Position numbers and translations under genes: made by a program. A stretch of 61,843 nt of DNA, filler included, from Nitrospinae bacterium RIFCSPLOWO2_12_FULL_45_22 (GTDB lineage: Bacteria > 2-12-FULL-45-22): assembly GCA_001803565.1 (NCBI GenBank). It is 6 parts of 6 records of this genome, joined end to end, with 100 filler letters (N's around TTAATTAATTAA, not from the genome) between each part and the next. Parts side by side here need not be neighbours in the genome. Positions count along the whole stretch, not along the records: positions 30,874 to 44,190 come from MHDQ01000056.1; positions 44,291 to 53,792 come from MHDQ01000058.1; 4 more parts are not named here. One strand, given 5' to 3'. Positions 36,079 to 46,362 of the stretch are shown piece by piece. The notes beneath the pieces were generated by a model, which did not search any database, was not told where the DNA came from, and saw nothing but the letters and a program-made list of their open reading frames with translations. Each line of letters opens with the position of its first letter. Position 1 is the stretch's first letter.

Positions 36079-38478
36079 ATGAAGGTTAGTTATCAGTGGT
36101 TAAAGGAGTTGGTGGAATCCCCCTTCTCACCCCAGGAATTAGCCGATAAGCTGACCATGGTGGGTTTAGAAGTAGAAGACCTTTCCAACCCCAGCTATGC
36201 TTATGACCACATAGTTGTAGGAGAAATCAGTACTATCCAACCTCACCCTCAGGATCAGGAATTATCCCTCTGTCAGGTACATGATGGTGAAGGGCTCAGG
36301 CAAATAATTTGTGGTGCAAAGAATATTTATCCCGGGGCCAAAGTACCCCTTACCCTACCAGGTGCCCAATTGCCTGGTGGGGGTAAAATTACCACAGAAA
36401 AGATAAAAGGGATAGTCTCAGAAGGGATGCTATGCTCAGGAACAGAACTGGAACTAAGAAACGGCTCTGATGGGGTCCTCATCCTTCCCCCGGATGCTAA
36501 GCCCGGACAAACCCTTATAGAGATGTTGAACCTATGGGATATTATATTAGATATAAACATTACCCCTAACCGGCCGGATTGTCTGAGCATGATGGGAATA
36601 GCACGGGAAATAGCCGCTATTACCGGGGCTGGGGCAAAGCTCAATAAGCCACCATCTCATTGTGAAGAGCAGGGACCCGTTATTGACCAAATAACCTCAG
36701 TAACTATCCTGGCCCCAGACTTATGTCCCCGCTATGCAGCCCGGGTTATTGAAGGGATAAAAATAGCCCCGTCGCCGGGCTGGATGCAATATAGGCTAAA
36801 AACCCTGGGTTTTCGTCCTATCAATAATGTAGTAGATATAACTAACTATGTGCTATTAGAATTAGGCCACCCCCTCCATGCGTTCGATCTTTCTAGCCTG
36901 GAGGAAAAAAGGATCGTGGTCAGAAAAGCTCGACCAGGAGAGCTTTTCGTCACCTTAGATAGCCTGGAGAGACGACTGGATGAAGAGATACTGGTGATAG
37001 CCGATGCCACCAATCCTGTGGCTATTGGCGGGGTGATGGGCGGACTCTATTCTGAGGTTAAGGATGAAACCAGGAATATTCTCCTGGAGAGTGCTTATTT
37101 TGACCCTATCAGTATCAGGAAGACCTCAAAAAAACTGGGGCTCCAAACCGAGGCAGCTTATCGCTTCAGTCGGGGGGCTGACCCAGAAGGTGTTATCCCA
37201 GCCCTTAACCGCGCTGCTCAGCTTATGAAAGAACTAGCCGGAGGGAAGATAGCTACGGGCTTAATTGATAATTATCCTACACCTATAAGCCTACCAGAAG
37301 TATATTTGCGCCCCAGTAGGGTTAATAAAGTATTAGGCACCACTCTAGAAAAAGATCAGATAAAGGATATTTTAAAGAGACTAGAATTGACCCCTATACA
37401 GTCGCCTGATGAAGACCGCTGGTGTGCGCAAATCCCTTCTTTCAGGAGGGATTTGACCCGTGAAATAGACCTGATCGAAGAAGTAGCCAGACATACTGGG
37501 TACCAGAATATACCGACCACTATTCCGTGCAGTAAGATCGGCGTTGAGACTAAAGAAGTAGACAAACACCTGGAGAGTCAGATCAGGGACATTATGGTAG
37601 GGTGCGGTTTAGCAGAAGTAATCAATTATAGCTTTATCAGCGAGGAGTGGTTGGAGCGACTGGGGCTTCTCTACCCTTTTATCCAGTTAAAGAATCCTTT
37701 AAGCCGCGAATGGCGAGTTATGCGTACTACCCTCATCCCCGGGCTCATACAAAACTTGATCCACAACTTTAATAGAAAGGCTTCGGGGGTAAGGATTTTT
37801 GAACTGGGCAGGGTATTTTTACCTTGCAGCCCGGGGACACTTCCCGAAGAAAGGCTCTATTTAGCTGGTAGCCTGGCGGGTACAGCCTCTTCCCCATCTA
37901 TCTGGGATAAGAACCAGAGTGAAGATTTCTACTCGCTAAAGGGAGTTATAGAAACCTTACTAGGTCGTCTACACCTTAAGGATTATGCCCTGGCCCCATC
38001 TGAGCTGAGATTCCTTCATCCCAGAAAAACACTAAAACTGATCGCAGGAGGAGAAGAGCTGGGCTTTCTCGGAGAAATCCACCTCGCCCTGGCAGAGTCC
38101 CTGGATCTGCCCTTAAATACCTACCTTTTTGAGCTCGATTGTGACAAATTGAAAAACCTCCTCTCTCCCAAGATTGAATTTTCTCCTCTGCCAAAGTTTC
38201 CTCCAGTACAGCGGGATTTAGCCATAATAATAGCTGATGATATCCCTGCCCAGGACGTATTAGCCATTATTGCAGAGAAAGGCCGTCCTATCTTGCGCCA
38301 AGCTCAGGTATTTGATGTTTATACCGGCAAACAGATACCCCCAGGCAAAAAGAACCTGGCTTATTCCCTGACTTTCCAGAGAGACGATAGGACCCTGACC
38401 GATACCGAAGTAGACTTAGTCTTTAACCAAATTGTACAGGGATTGGAAGCAACTTTAGGGGGAAGATTGAGAGAGTAA
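36079..38478 (+). CDS. pheT: Phenylalanine--tRNA ligase beta subunit
   Basis: TPNRPDCLS, NNVVDITNY, DLIEEVAR, FPPVQRDLA, DRTLTD. Confidence 0.98.
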   Translation: MKVSYQWLKELVESPFSPQELADKLTMVGLEVEDLSNPSYAYDHIVVGEISTIQPHPQDQELSLCQVHDGEGLRQIICGAKNIYPGAKVPLTLPGAQLPGGGKITTEKIKGIVSEGMLCSGTELELRNGSDGVLILPPDAKPGQTLIEMLNLWDIILDINITPNRPDCLSMMGIAREIAAITGAGAKLNKPPSHCEEQGPVIDQITSVTILAPDLCPRYAARVIEGIKIAPSPGWMQYRLKTLGFRPINNVVDITNYVLLELGHPLHAFDLSSLEEKRIVVRKARPGELFVTLDSLERRLDEEILVIADATNPVAIGGVMGGLYSEVKDETRNILLESAYFDPISIRKTSKKLGLQTEAAYRFSRGADPEGVIPALNRAAQLMKELAGGKIATGLIDNYPTPISLPEVYLRPSRVNKVLGTTLEKDQIKDILKRLELTPIQSPDEDRWCAQIPSFRRDLTREIDLIEEVARHTGYQNIPTTIPCSKIGVETKEVDKHLESQIRDIMVGCGLAEVINYSFISEEWLERLGLLYPFIQLKNPLSREWRVMRTTLIPGLIQNLIHNFNRKASGVRIFELGRVFLPCSPGTLPEERLYLAGSLAGTASSPSIWDKNQSEDFYSLKGVIETLLGRLHLKDYALAPSELRFLHPRKTLKLIAGGEELGFLGEIHLALAESLDLPLNTYLFELDCDKLKNLLSPKIEFSPLPKFPPVQRDLAIIIADDIPAQDVLAIIAEKGRPILRQAQVFDVYTGKQIPPGKKNLAYSLTFQRDDRTLTDTEVDLVFNQIVQGLEATLGGRLRE

Positions 38479-38494
38479 CTTGAGGAGGTTGTGA

Positions 38495-38773
38495 ATGGAC
38501 CTTAGTAAACTGGAGTTGTTAGAGTCTCGTATTACCAAGGTGGTGCAATTATTGACTCAATTGAGGGAGCAAAATACCTCTCTAAAAAAACAAGCCCATA
38601 GCCTTCAACAAGAGCTTATTGCGAAAGAAGAAGAGTTGAGGCGCTTACAGAAAGAGAACGAAGCCATCTGCAATAGAGAAGAAGAGTTTAAGCAATTATC
38701 CCAAGAGCGAGTCATAATAAAGGATCGTTTAGAAGGGATGCTAGAAACCCTTAATCAGCTTAATATAGACTGA
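38495..38773 (+). CDS. ZapB-like coiled-coil cell division protein
   Basis: Pure coiled coil, 92 aa, between pheT and zapA. Confidence 0.7.
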   Translation: MDLSKLELLESRITKVVQLLTQLREQNTSLKKQAHSLQQELIAKEEELRRLQKENEAICNREEEFKQLSQERVIIKDRLEGMLETLNQLNID

Positions 38774-38810
38774 TTATACTCACCTACACTTTTACCAGAA
38801 AGGTAGAGCT

Positions 38811-39107
38811 ATGGCTTTACCGAAAAAGAAAGAGACCCGAATAGAAATCTATGGCAGGAATTATACTGTCCTGGGAGATGGTGATGAAGAATATACTATC
38901 CAACTGGCCCGTTACGTAGACCAAAAGATGCGGGAAATAGCTCAACAGACTTCTACAATATCCACTTTAAACCTGGCTATACTGGTCGCCTTAAATATCA
39001 CAGATGAGCTCTTCCGCTTACGAGAGCAGATAAGGACTAACGAAAGTCTTCTGCAAGAAAAACTGGCCAATGTCTTAACTAAACTTGACAACCTCCCCCA
39101 TCCCTAA
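38811..39107 (+). CDS. zapA: Cell division protein ZapA
   Basis: IEIYGRNY, LARYVDQKMREI, AILVALNITDEL. Confidence 0.92.
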   Translation: MALPKKKETRIEIYGRNYTVLGDGDEEYTIQLARYVDQKMREIAQQTSTISTLNLAILVALNITDELFRLREQIRTNESLLQEKLANVLTKLDNLPHP

Positions 39108-39282
39108 AAAGAAGCTGCTCCAGCGCCCAACCTCGGTCACTATTCCTCCACTCTTATCGTGTGGCCAGTGGAGTGGTTTTTTAACGGGTCGGGACGGCCA
39201 TCTGCTAAATATTGGGTATGGCAAATTAAACTGTGGCCTTTATCCCAATTAAATTATATGGTATATTATTTTAATTCTTTAG

Positions 39283-39369
39283 GCCGAAGTGGCGGAACTG
39301 GTAGACGCGCATGATTCAGGGTCATGTGGGGGTATCCTCGTGGGGGTTCGAGTCCCCCCTTCGGCACCA
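39283..39369 (+). tRNA. tRNA-Leu(CAG)
   Basis: Acceptor stem GCCGAAG/CTTCGGC plus ACCA; anticodon arm CATGA-TTCAGGG-TCATG; long variable arm. Confidence 0.95.
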
Positions 39370-39466
39370 GTGATATCAAGGCTTTTCAGGAAGTCGTAAT
39401 TGAACGGTATCATTAAAAAAGATTTTATGGCGCTATTATGGCGAAACTTTGTCGTTGTAATTAACC

Positions 39467-40594
39467 TCATCCCTTATTTTCTCCTTTTAGTAATCTCAGA
39501 CTCCCTCTTCTCCCGCTAGCAATTCTAGGCAGATTATTAACGGCCTTCCTCATATCTTCTCTACCAACAGCAGTATATACATTCATGGTTATCCCTATAT
39601 CAGAATGTCCGGCTAGCATCTGTGCTATTTTAGGATGGGCACCGGTTTGGGCTAGCCATGATAGGTAGGTTTTCCTCAAGGTATGCAGGTCTATCTTTGG
39701 CAGGGTGGCCTTTTTCAGGGCAGTATTAAGAGAGGTTCGGATATCCCGGTAAGGCTTTCCTTCGGGGTTGCAGAAAACATAGTACCTTTGGTGAGGTTCC
39801 CTGGAAAGGTATCTATTTAGCCTCGGGTGGGGATAATGTTCTTTTAAATACCTTAACTCTTCCAGGGCATCGTCATTTAACTCAACAATACGGTCCCTTT
39901 TCCCCTTGGTATTAATAACCTCTATATAAGCCTTATCAAAATCTATATGCTCAAATTTGAGATTAAATAATTCTTCCTTTCTCAGACCGGTTAGGACATC
40001 TATAAAGATTATTGCCTTTAAATGTGCAGGGCTGACCTCCAGGAACCTCTGAAACTCTTCAGGGGTTAGATACTTTGCTACCGGCTTATTTGTCTTGAAA
40101 AATTTAACCCCATTAAAAGGGGATACATCAATATAACCATCCCCTACTGCCTTGTTCAATATCCCCCTGAAATAGCGCAATTCAAGGTTTATACTGTTCA
40201 GAGATAAAGGTTTGCCATCCCTTTTTCTACCAGCATTAAGCCGCTGGTTGATATAGTCCTCAATGTCTTTTTTCCCCATTAGGCTTAAAGGAATATTCCC
40301 CAGTATTGGCCTAAATTCTTCTATTGCCTGTAATTCTGAACTAATGGTATTCTTGGATTTCCTGACCAGGTAGGTGTTAATGTATTCATCCAGGTAAAAG
40401 CTAAACAACAGCTTATCATCTCTCAGGTGGAACTTACGATTAAGCTTTTGTCTGGCTATCTCCTGGGATACCTGTTTTAGGGCCTTCTCTGCTTCTCTAT
40501 TGGTACAATAACCCAGGTTAGCTATATCTTTGGTGCCTTCACGTATGAGGTACTTGATACCTTTCTTGGTGTGGTAACTTCTAAGGTAGGCCAT
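39467..40594 (-). CDS. Phage/ICE-type tyrosine integrase adjacent to tRNA-Leu
   Basis: TGLRKEE, HTLRKT, LAGHSDI..TMNVY; likely start MAYLRS at 40594. Confidence 0.9.
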   Translation of the reverse strand: MAYLRSYHTKKGIKYLIREGTKDIANLGYCTNREAEKALKQVSQEIARQKLNRKFHLRDDKLLFSFYLDEYINTYLVRKSKNTISSELQAIEEFRPILGNIPLSLMGKKDIEDYINQRLNAGRKRDGKPLSLNSINLELRYFRGILNKAVGDGYIDVSPFNGVKFFKTNKPVAKYLTPEEFQRFLEVSPAHLKAIIFIDVLTGLRKEELFNLKFEHIDFDKAYIEVINTKGKRDRIVELNDDALEELRYLKEHYPHPRLNRYLSREPHQRYYVFCNPEGKPYRDIRTSLNTALKKATLPKIDLHTLRKTYLSWLAQTGAHPKIAQMLAGHSDIGITMNVYTAVGREDMRKAVNNLPRIASGRRGSLRLLKGENKG

Positions 40595-40754
40595 GTCTTT
40601 ACCCTCCCTAGTTAGGGTTGATACCCTGGTATTGAGGAGCAAAGGGGAAAGATAGCTACCAGGGTTTAACCTACCCTTATCGGGGTGCACATCCCTATCC
40701 CCTTTGTATTGCCAGACTATAAGGTATCCCCACTACTCAGTATACCAACTACCC

Positions 40755-41258
40755 TTACTTATCTGAAGCATAAGGCGCTACAATAGTGAATGAATAATAC
40801 TTCTTGTTACCTAGCCCCGGCACCTGATAGACCTTCATACCTTCTTTAATATCACGAGCAAATACCGGTATTAGCTCTATTAGTCTGCCTTTAGCTAGTG
40901 CCAGTAGTATATTAATAAATACCTCATTATCCGCTATCCCCAGGGCCTCCTGGAATAGTGATAGGGGATAGATATTCTCAGGGAGATTCAATCGCTGTTT
41001 TTCTACTATCTCTTTTATCTTCTCTATAACCGGCTCTAGGGGTTTTATCTCAATAGGTTCTTCCTCATCATCAAAAAACTCTTCCATATTTATCTTGAGG
41101 GCTTTGGCTATCCGCCTTAATGGTTCTGCCTTAGGTTCCCTTTTTCCAGCCTCATAAGAGGCTATGGTCATTAAATGGAGACCGGTTATCTTAGCCAGGC
41201 CCTTCCGGGTAAGTCCTTTTTCTGCCCTGAGTTTTTTTAATTTTTCTTTGTTAAACAT
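40755..41258 (-). CDS. XRE family HTH regulator
   Basis: LKKLRAEKGLTRKGLA...IASYEAGKREP...IAKAL. Confidence 0.88.
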   Translation of the reverse strand: MFNKEKLKKLRAEKGLTRKGLAKITGLHLMTIASYEAGKREPKAEPLRRIAKALKINMEEFFDDEEEPIEIKPLEPVIEKIKEIVEKQRLNLPENIYPLSLFQEALGIADNEVFINILLALAKGRLIELIPVFARDIKEGMKVYQVPGLGNKKYYSFTIVAPYASDK

Positions 41259-41403
41259 AGGTAGGGTTCCTATTTAATACGATTGTATAATAATATAATA
41301 CTCTTGTAATTTTTGTCAAGAAAAAATATGGGGTATCTAGTCTTTAATTGAAATATCTGGCATATATGATATATATTTATCTGTTTAGAGGAGGTGATTA
41401 GTT

Positions 41404-41697
41404 ATGCCTAAAGCGCTGTATTTAAAGGTACCGGATGCGCTTATGAGCCGGATACAATATTACCGGTTTACTAATATGAAGGAGACAAAGACAGAGGCTA
41501 TAACAGAGCTTTTGGAAAGGGCCCTAGATGAGTTTGAAGCCAGGCAGAAAGGATTGAGGATTGAGCCTATTGTCCCAGGAGATCCCGATTATGCTATTAT
41601 CAAAGCCAGGAAGGACGAGTCTATTGAAGAGCTTCCCTGGGATGAGGTAGAGAAAAGACTAAAGAGGATTAAGGCCGCCAGAAAGGTTAGGAAGTGA
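41404..41697 (+). CDS. Putative RHH-type antitoxin
   Basis: N-terminal RHH-like segment; C-terminal LPWDEV; overlaps the RelE gene. Confidence 0.6.
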   Translation: MPKALYLKVPDALMSRIQYYRFTNMKETKTEAITELLERALDEFEARQKGLRIEPIVPGDPDYAIIKARKDESIEELPWDEVEKRLKRIKAARKVRK

Positions 41698-41954
41698 GGC
41701 TTAGGATAAAGAAGAGTGCCAAGAAGGAGCTACTTTCTATAGATGCCGATGATGCCTTTTTTGCTGTTATTAGAGTTATCCTGGCTTTAGCCGAAGAACC
41801 CAGGCCCAGAGGTTATGATAAAGTTGAGGGAAGAGAGGGACATTTTAGGGTCTGGGCAGGTAGAGACTATAGGGTAATCTATTCCATTGATACAGAAAAC
41901 CGGGAAGTGATTATTGAAGGGGTCAGAAAGAAGGATAAAAAGACATATAAATGA
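41694..41954 (+). CDS. RelE/ParE family toxin
   Basis: KSAKKEL, LAEEPRPRG, FRVWAGRDYRVIYSID. Confidence 0.85.
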   Translation: MRLRIKKSAKKELLSIDADDAFFAVIRVILALAEEPRPRGYDKVEGREGHFRVWAGRDYRVIYSIDTENREVIIEGVRKKDKKTYK

Positions 41955-42063
41955 AAACAGCGTTGCCCTACCTTTTATCGGGGCTGGAGGGCCAGGAAAA
42001 GGGGGTGATCCTCAGCGGGCCACTACAATTTGGGCTACCTCCGGGTAGGCACCAGGATTTTTG

Positions 42064-42092
42064 TTGACAGGGTTTCTGAGGTTTGATATAAA
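42064..42092 (+). promoter_or_regulatory. Sigma70 promoter
   Basis: TTGACA - 17 bp - TATAAA. Confidence 0.5.
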
Positions 42093-42312
42093 ATCTTTCA
42101 TATATTCCGGCTAAGAAAAGCCTTCCAACAACCTAATAACCCTATACCTTATAACCCTATACCTTCTCTCGTTGGTGGGGTTTGGAGGGTAGAGAAATTG
42201 TTAATCCTTTCTTTTTGCATCATCTCGACTATTTCCTAACCAACGAGTCGCTCTACTCTATCTGTCATAAATTGATTCCTTTCTGAGGTCTAAGGTATAT
42301 GTAGAGAGTGAC

Positions 42313-42735
42313 ATGAAAAAGAAAATCCTCTCGGTTTCCACACTATATTTTTTATTTTTCCCATACCTGTTTGTATCTTTGCTATTTGCTCAACAACTTA
42401 ATACCCCTCCAGAAGGGTTAGAGAAGCGAAAACCTCCAAAGGAATTAAAGCTCACTTCAATTCTTTATGAGCTTGCGATATCACCAAACCGGGAAAATTT
42501 TGCAACGGAACACAACATTCCTCTACATGAAGGGAGGGTAAGAGTATTCATCTACCTAGATCCTGCTTCTAGAAAATCAGAGAGAGAAAGCTTGGGTAAA
42601 GGTTACAATATAGAGGTTGAGAAACAATCCAATGACTTATTAAGGGCCTTGGTTCCCATAGATGAGATGATCCAACTGTCAAAGGAATCTATTGTATGGT
42701 CAATTACCCTTCCTGATAGACCCACAAAACCATAA
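42313..42735 (+). CDS. Secreted protein resembling the prodomain of the downstream subtilase
   Basis: Signal peptide; KLTSILYEL...ALVPID...ITLPDRP parallels the subtilase N-region. Confidence 0.65.
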   Translation: MKKKILSVSTLYFLFFPYLFVSLLFAQQLNTPPEGLEKRKPPKELKLTSILYELAISPNRENFATEHNIPLHEGRVRVFIYLDPASRKSERESLGKGYNIEVEKQSNDLLRALVPIDEMIQLSKESIVWSITLPDRPTKP

Positions 42736-42748
42736 GGAAAAGAAAGCA

Positions 42749-44190
42749 GTGTACAGAAAGAAATATGACGGGTCGTTAGCAATATTTAACTTAATGATAA
42801 TCCTGATGCTAACTATATTCTATGCATCAGTTGCTGAGGCTCAAAGATTGGACATATTTCCAGAAAAAGCAAGGATACACCCTAAGCTAGAGAGCGTTCT
42901 GACAGAGTTACAAGAAGAATATGAAAAAAATACAGTGACAGGACAAGAATTTGCGATGAAGAGAGATATAAGAGTCAAAGACCAGGATAAAGTCACGGTA
43001 TTTTTAATCTCAGAGATTGGGCAAACTACTGATGCAATTGATAAAAAATTACTCCGTGCCTATGGGGCTAATATTATCAAAAGTGCTGATAATGTATTAA
43101 AGGCAGATGTCCCGATTAATAGGCTACAACAGATAGCTGATAAGGTAAAAGGGATCTCATATATTAGACTGCCAGACAGACCCGTACCATTAACTCAGAG
43201 CCAGGGGGTGAGTTTGACCGGGGCTTCCTCTTATCAATCTGCAGGGTATACCGGTTCAGGGGTAAAGGTTGCGGTAATAGATGGGGATTTTGCAGGTTTA
43301 TCTTCTACCATATCCAACGGTGAACTACCGAGCAATGTGGTAATGGTTGATTGTACCGGGGTAAGCTGTATATCAACGACTTTTCCTTCAGAGACAGGGA
43401 AACATGGAACAGGTGTTGCTGAGGTGGTTTACGACATGGCCCCGGGGGCCCAGCTTTACCTTATAAAGATGGATGACAGGTTGGATTTGAAGGATGCTAA
43501 AGACTACTGTATCAGCAATGGGATTAAAATAATAAATCACTCTGTCGGATGGAATAATACTAATTTTTATAGCGGGGAGTGTTATAACGTCAACCCGGTC
43601 TGCACAGCCGATAATGCCTATGCAAATGGTATTTTGTGGGTCAATGCAATAGGAAATGATGCAAAGAGGCATTATGAGGCCACTTTTACAGATTCTGATG
43701 GTGATGGGTGGCATAATATATCAGCTAATTATGAAACGATAAATATTTCAGCAACGGCTGGTGAGACCATTAAAGTCGCTCTCACATGGAATGCCTGGCC
43801 CACTACCAATCAGGATTATGACCTCTATCTTTATGATAGCTCTTTGAACAGTTCTGTTGCACGGAGCGAGAATCTTCAGACTGGGACGCAATCGCCAACC
43901 GAATCAATTTCTTATTCTGTTCCTAGTACCGGCACTTACTATCTTTCTATCTATAAGTACAGTGCTACATCAAATCATCAACTGGAGGTATACAGTGCTA
44001 ACCATGACTTAACGCCAGCGGTTGCCTCGAGTAGTTTCTCAAATCCTGCAGATGCCAGAGGTGTAATGGCTGTTGGCGCCATTGACTACTGGTATTGGAC
44101 AACCGGGCCGCAGGAGTCCTTTAGTTCCCAAGGCCCTACCAATGATGGAAGGACTAAGCCAGAGATCAGTGGGCCAGATTATGTTTCAAA
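42749..44190 (+). CDS. Secreted S8 subtilase with inserted PPC-like domain (3'-truncated)
   Basis: GVKVAVID, HGTGVA, NAIGN, DYDLYL, SSQGPTNDGRTKPEI. Confidence 0.88.
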
Positions 44191-44290
44191 NNNNNNNNNN
44201 NNNNNNNNNNNNNNNNNNNNNNNNNNNNNNNNNNTTAATTAATTAANNNNNNNNNNNNNNNNNNNNNNNNNNNNNNNNNNNNNNNNNNNN
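44191..44290. other. Artificial contig linker
   Basis: N-run with TTAATTAATTAA. Confidence 0.98.
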
Positions 44291-44487
44291 ACTTCACATG
44301 CCCAGCTCAGGAGAAAAGCAGCCCCTAAAATAGATAGGCCAGAAAGGGAGGATATTAGCAGGGGATTCCCATCCATACCGCTAATCTTGAAGACCAGCCA
44401 GGGAAGGGTAAGGGAAACCGGACTAATACACCAGATAAAGTTTCTCAGGTCACTCCTTCCGTTCATATTTATTACTCCTGAAGCCAA
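44291..44487 (-). CDS. N-terminal fragment of a membrane protein, probably a Na+/Ca2+ antiporter family member
   Basis: GLSILGAAFLLSWACE; truncated by the linker. Confidence 0.55.
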
Positions 44488-44494
44488 TAAATTC

Positions 44495-44617
44495 GTAACA
44501 GTTCAGGTTCTTTGTCATTTCGAGCGCCGCGAGAAATCTTTCCGAGACCGGAGGTAAATAAAGATTCCTCCCTTCGGTCGGAATGACATTCATTTTCGAT
44601 AGGGGCTGAGCGGTTAC
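44495..44617. mobile_element. MITE-like element (copy of 21456-21576)
   Basis: GTAACAGTTCA...TGAGCGGTTAC; shared interior GCGAGAAATCTTTCCGAGACCGGAGGTAAATAAAGATTCCTCCCTTCGGTCGGAA. Confidence 0.8.
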
Positions 44618-45019
44618 AAATTTTTTTAATATATTTGGTTGATTATACTAAAATGAATGCCTTTCTGCAAGGAACTTAGCCAGTGGAACTTCCCGGAAAC
44701 TTTCTTTTTTGTTGCATACCTTCCTGGAAGTGGTTATTATAGTGTAGTAAAATAGCCTTGATGGACTTGCGCCAATAAGGACATATCTAAAGAGCCACTA
44801 AGGCCGCTAAGCTGAGCAGCAGCCTCTTACGCTGCCATTTTCGCAGCACCCATGGGGTATCCAGGCCCTGCGGTACTTTCTTATAGAAAAACATGTAGCA
44901 AGGGACTTTGCAGGAACATAGCAAAGTCCATCCCCTTACTTTAGAGGGATCCTTCGTGTCCTTTCGTGGCTAAACAGTCACCCTGAATGAAATTTTTTAT
45001 AATGAGTTAGGAGAAGGAA

Positions 45020-45244
45020 ATGACTGCGGGAGAAGTGCTTATCAAAGAAGATTTTTGCTTAGGGTGTGGTTATTGTGCAGAATTCTGCCCCACCAAATCT
45101 ATCGCTATTTCTCCGGAGAGGTTTAACTCTCAGGGGCACTTGTTGGCCGAATTTATTCATCCTGAGACTTGTAATGCCTGTGGGATATGTGCCTGGATGT
45201 GCCCCCACTTTGCTATCGAGGTCTATAAGGTTCAAGGAGGTTAG
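45020..45244 (+). CDS. 2x[4Fe-4S] ferredoxin subunit (delta) of 2-oxoacid:ferredoxin oxidoreductase
   Basis: CLGCGYCAEFCP and CNACGICAWMCP. Confidence 0.9.
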   Translation: MTAGEVLIKEDFCLGCGYCAEFCPTKSIAISPERFNSQGHLLAEFIHPETCNACGICAWMCPHFAIEVYKVQGG

Positions 45245-45250
45245 ACAGCT

Positions 45251-46348
45251 ATGAATGAGAGAATCTTCGTAAACGGAAATGAAGCCGTTGGCTGGGGGGC
45301 ATTAGCTGCCGATTGTCGGGCCTTCTTTGGCTACCCTATAACACCCCAAAATGAAGTTACAGAATGGTTTGCCCGGGAATTTCCCAAGCGGGGCCGGATT
45401 TTTATCCAGACTTCTTCTGAAACGGCTTCTATCAACTGGCTTTACGGCGGGGCATGTGTAGGGGCCCGGGTTATGACCTCTACTTCTAGTCCGGGCTGGG
45501 CCCTTATGCAAGAGACTATTTCCCATATGGTCAATACCGAGGTGCCTTGTGTAGTTGTCCTGGTGCAACGCGGTGGCCCCGGGCAAGGCACTACCCGTCA
45601 TGCTCAGATGGATTATGCCTCAGCCACCTGGGGGGGTGGCCATGGCGGTTACAAGAATATAGTATTGACCCCGGCTTCTGCCCAGGAAGTACACGATCTC
45701 ATGCAACTGGCCTTTTACCTGGCAGATAAATACTGTAATCCGGTAATAGTCCTGAGTGACGGGATTATTGGTACCATGATGGAGCCGATAGCATTAAGAG
45801 AGATAAATTTTAACTCTTTACCGGAAAAGGATTGGGCCTTACGGGGTAAAGGGAGACGCAAAGACGGTCAGCGCCGGCTCTTAAGTTCTGGTCAGGGCTT
45901 AATACCCACCAGCCGGAACCCTAATTACCTAACCTTACTCCATACGCTGCATAATAAGTTCCAGCAAATGGCTGCCCATGAAATAAGGTACGAAGCCTCA
46001 CTCCTAGAAGATGCGGAGCTGGTTTTAGTAGCCTTTGGCTATGCAGCCCGGGCTAGCCTCCAGGCCATGAATTGGGCTCGGGCAGAAGGTATAAAGGTAG
46101 GTATGATCAGGCCCATTACGGTATGGCCTTTCCCCTCGCAGATTGTCAAAGAAGAGGCCGAAAAAGGGGTAAAATTTCTGGTGGTAGAAGATAATTTAGG
46201 CCAGATGGTCATGGATGTTAAGATGGCCTCAGAAGGGAAGGCTGCAATCTATCTGGTGAGTGCCCTGGATAGGCACGAAGCTATGGAAGGCGGGGCTATT
46301 TATCCGGAAAAAGTCCTGGAGAAGATCAAAGAGTTGACAGCAAGCTGA
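45251..46348 (+). CDS. 2-oxoacid:ferredoxin oxidoreductase alpha subunit (VorB-like)
   Basis: GNEAV, GYPITPQNE, TSTSSPG, QRGGPG, RPITVWPFP. Confidence 0.9.
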   Translation: MNERIFVNGNEAVGWGALAADCRAFFGYPITPQNEVTEWFAREFPKRGRIFIQTSSETASINWLYGGACVGARVMTSTSSPGWALMQETISHMVNTEVPCVVVLVQRGGPGQGTTRHAQMDYASATWGGGHGGYKNIVLTPASAQEVHDLMQLAFYLADKYCNPVIVLSDGIIGTMMEPIALREINFNSLPEKDWALRGKGRRKDGQRRLLSSGQGLIPTSRNPNYLTLLHTLHNKFQQMAAHEIRYEASLLEDAELVLVAFGYAARASLQAMNWARAEGIKVGMIRPITVWPFPSQIVKEEAEKGVKFLVVEDNLGQMVMDVKMASEGKAAIYLVSALDRHEAMEGGAIYPEKVLEKIKELTAS

Positions 46349-46362
46349 GAGGAGTAAGCGAT

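Noticed and set aside
39108-39280. 6S RNA expected after zapA
   Set aside because: I could not see the long, centrally bulged hairpin; an Rfam/Infernal search would settle it.
42137-42165. Direct repeat TAACCCTATACCTT x2
   Set aside because: Only two copies and no replication gene nearby; not enough to call iterons or an operator.
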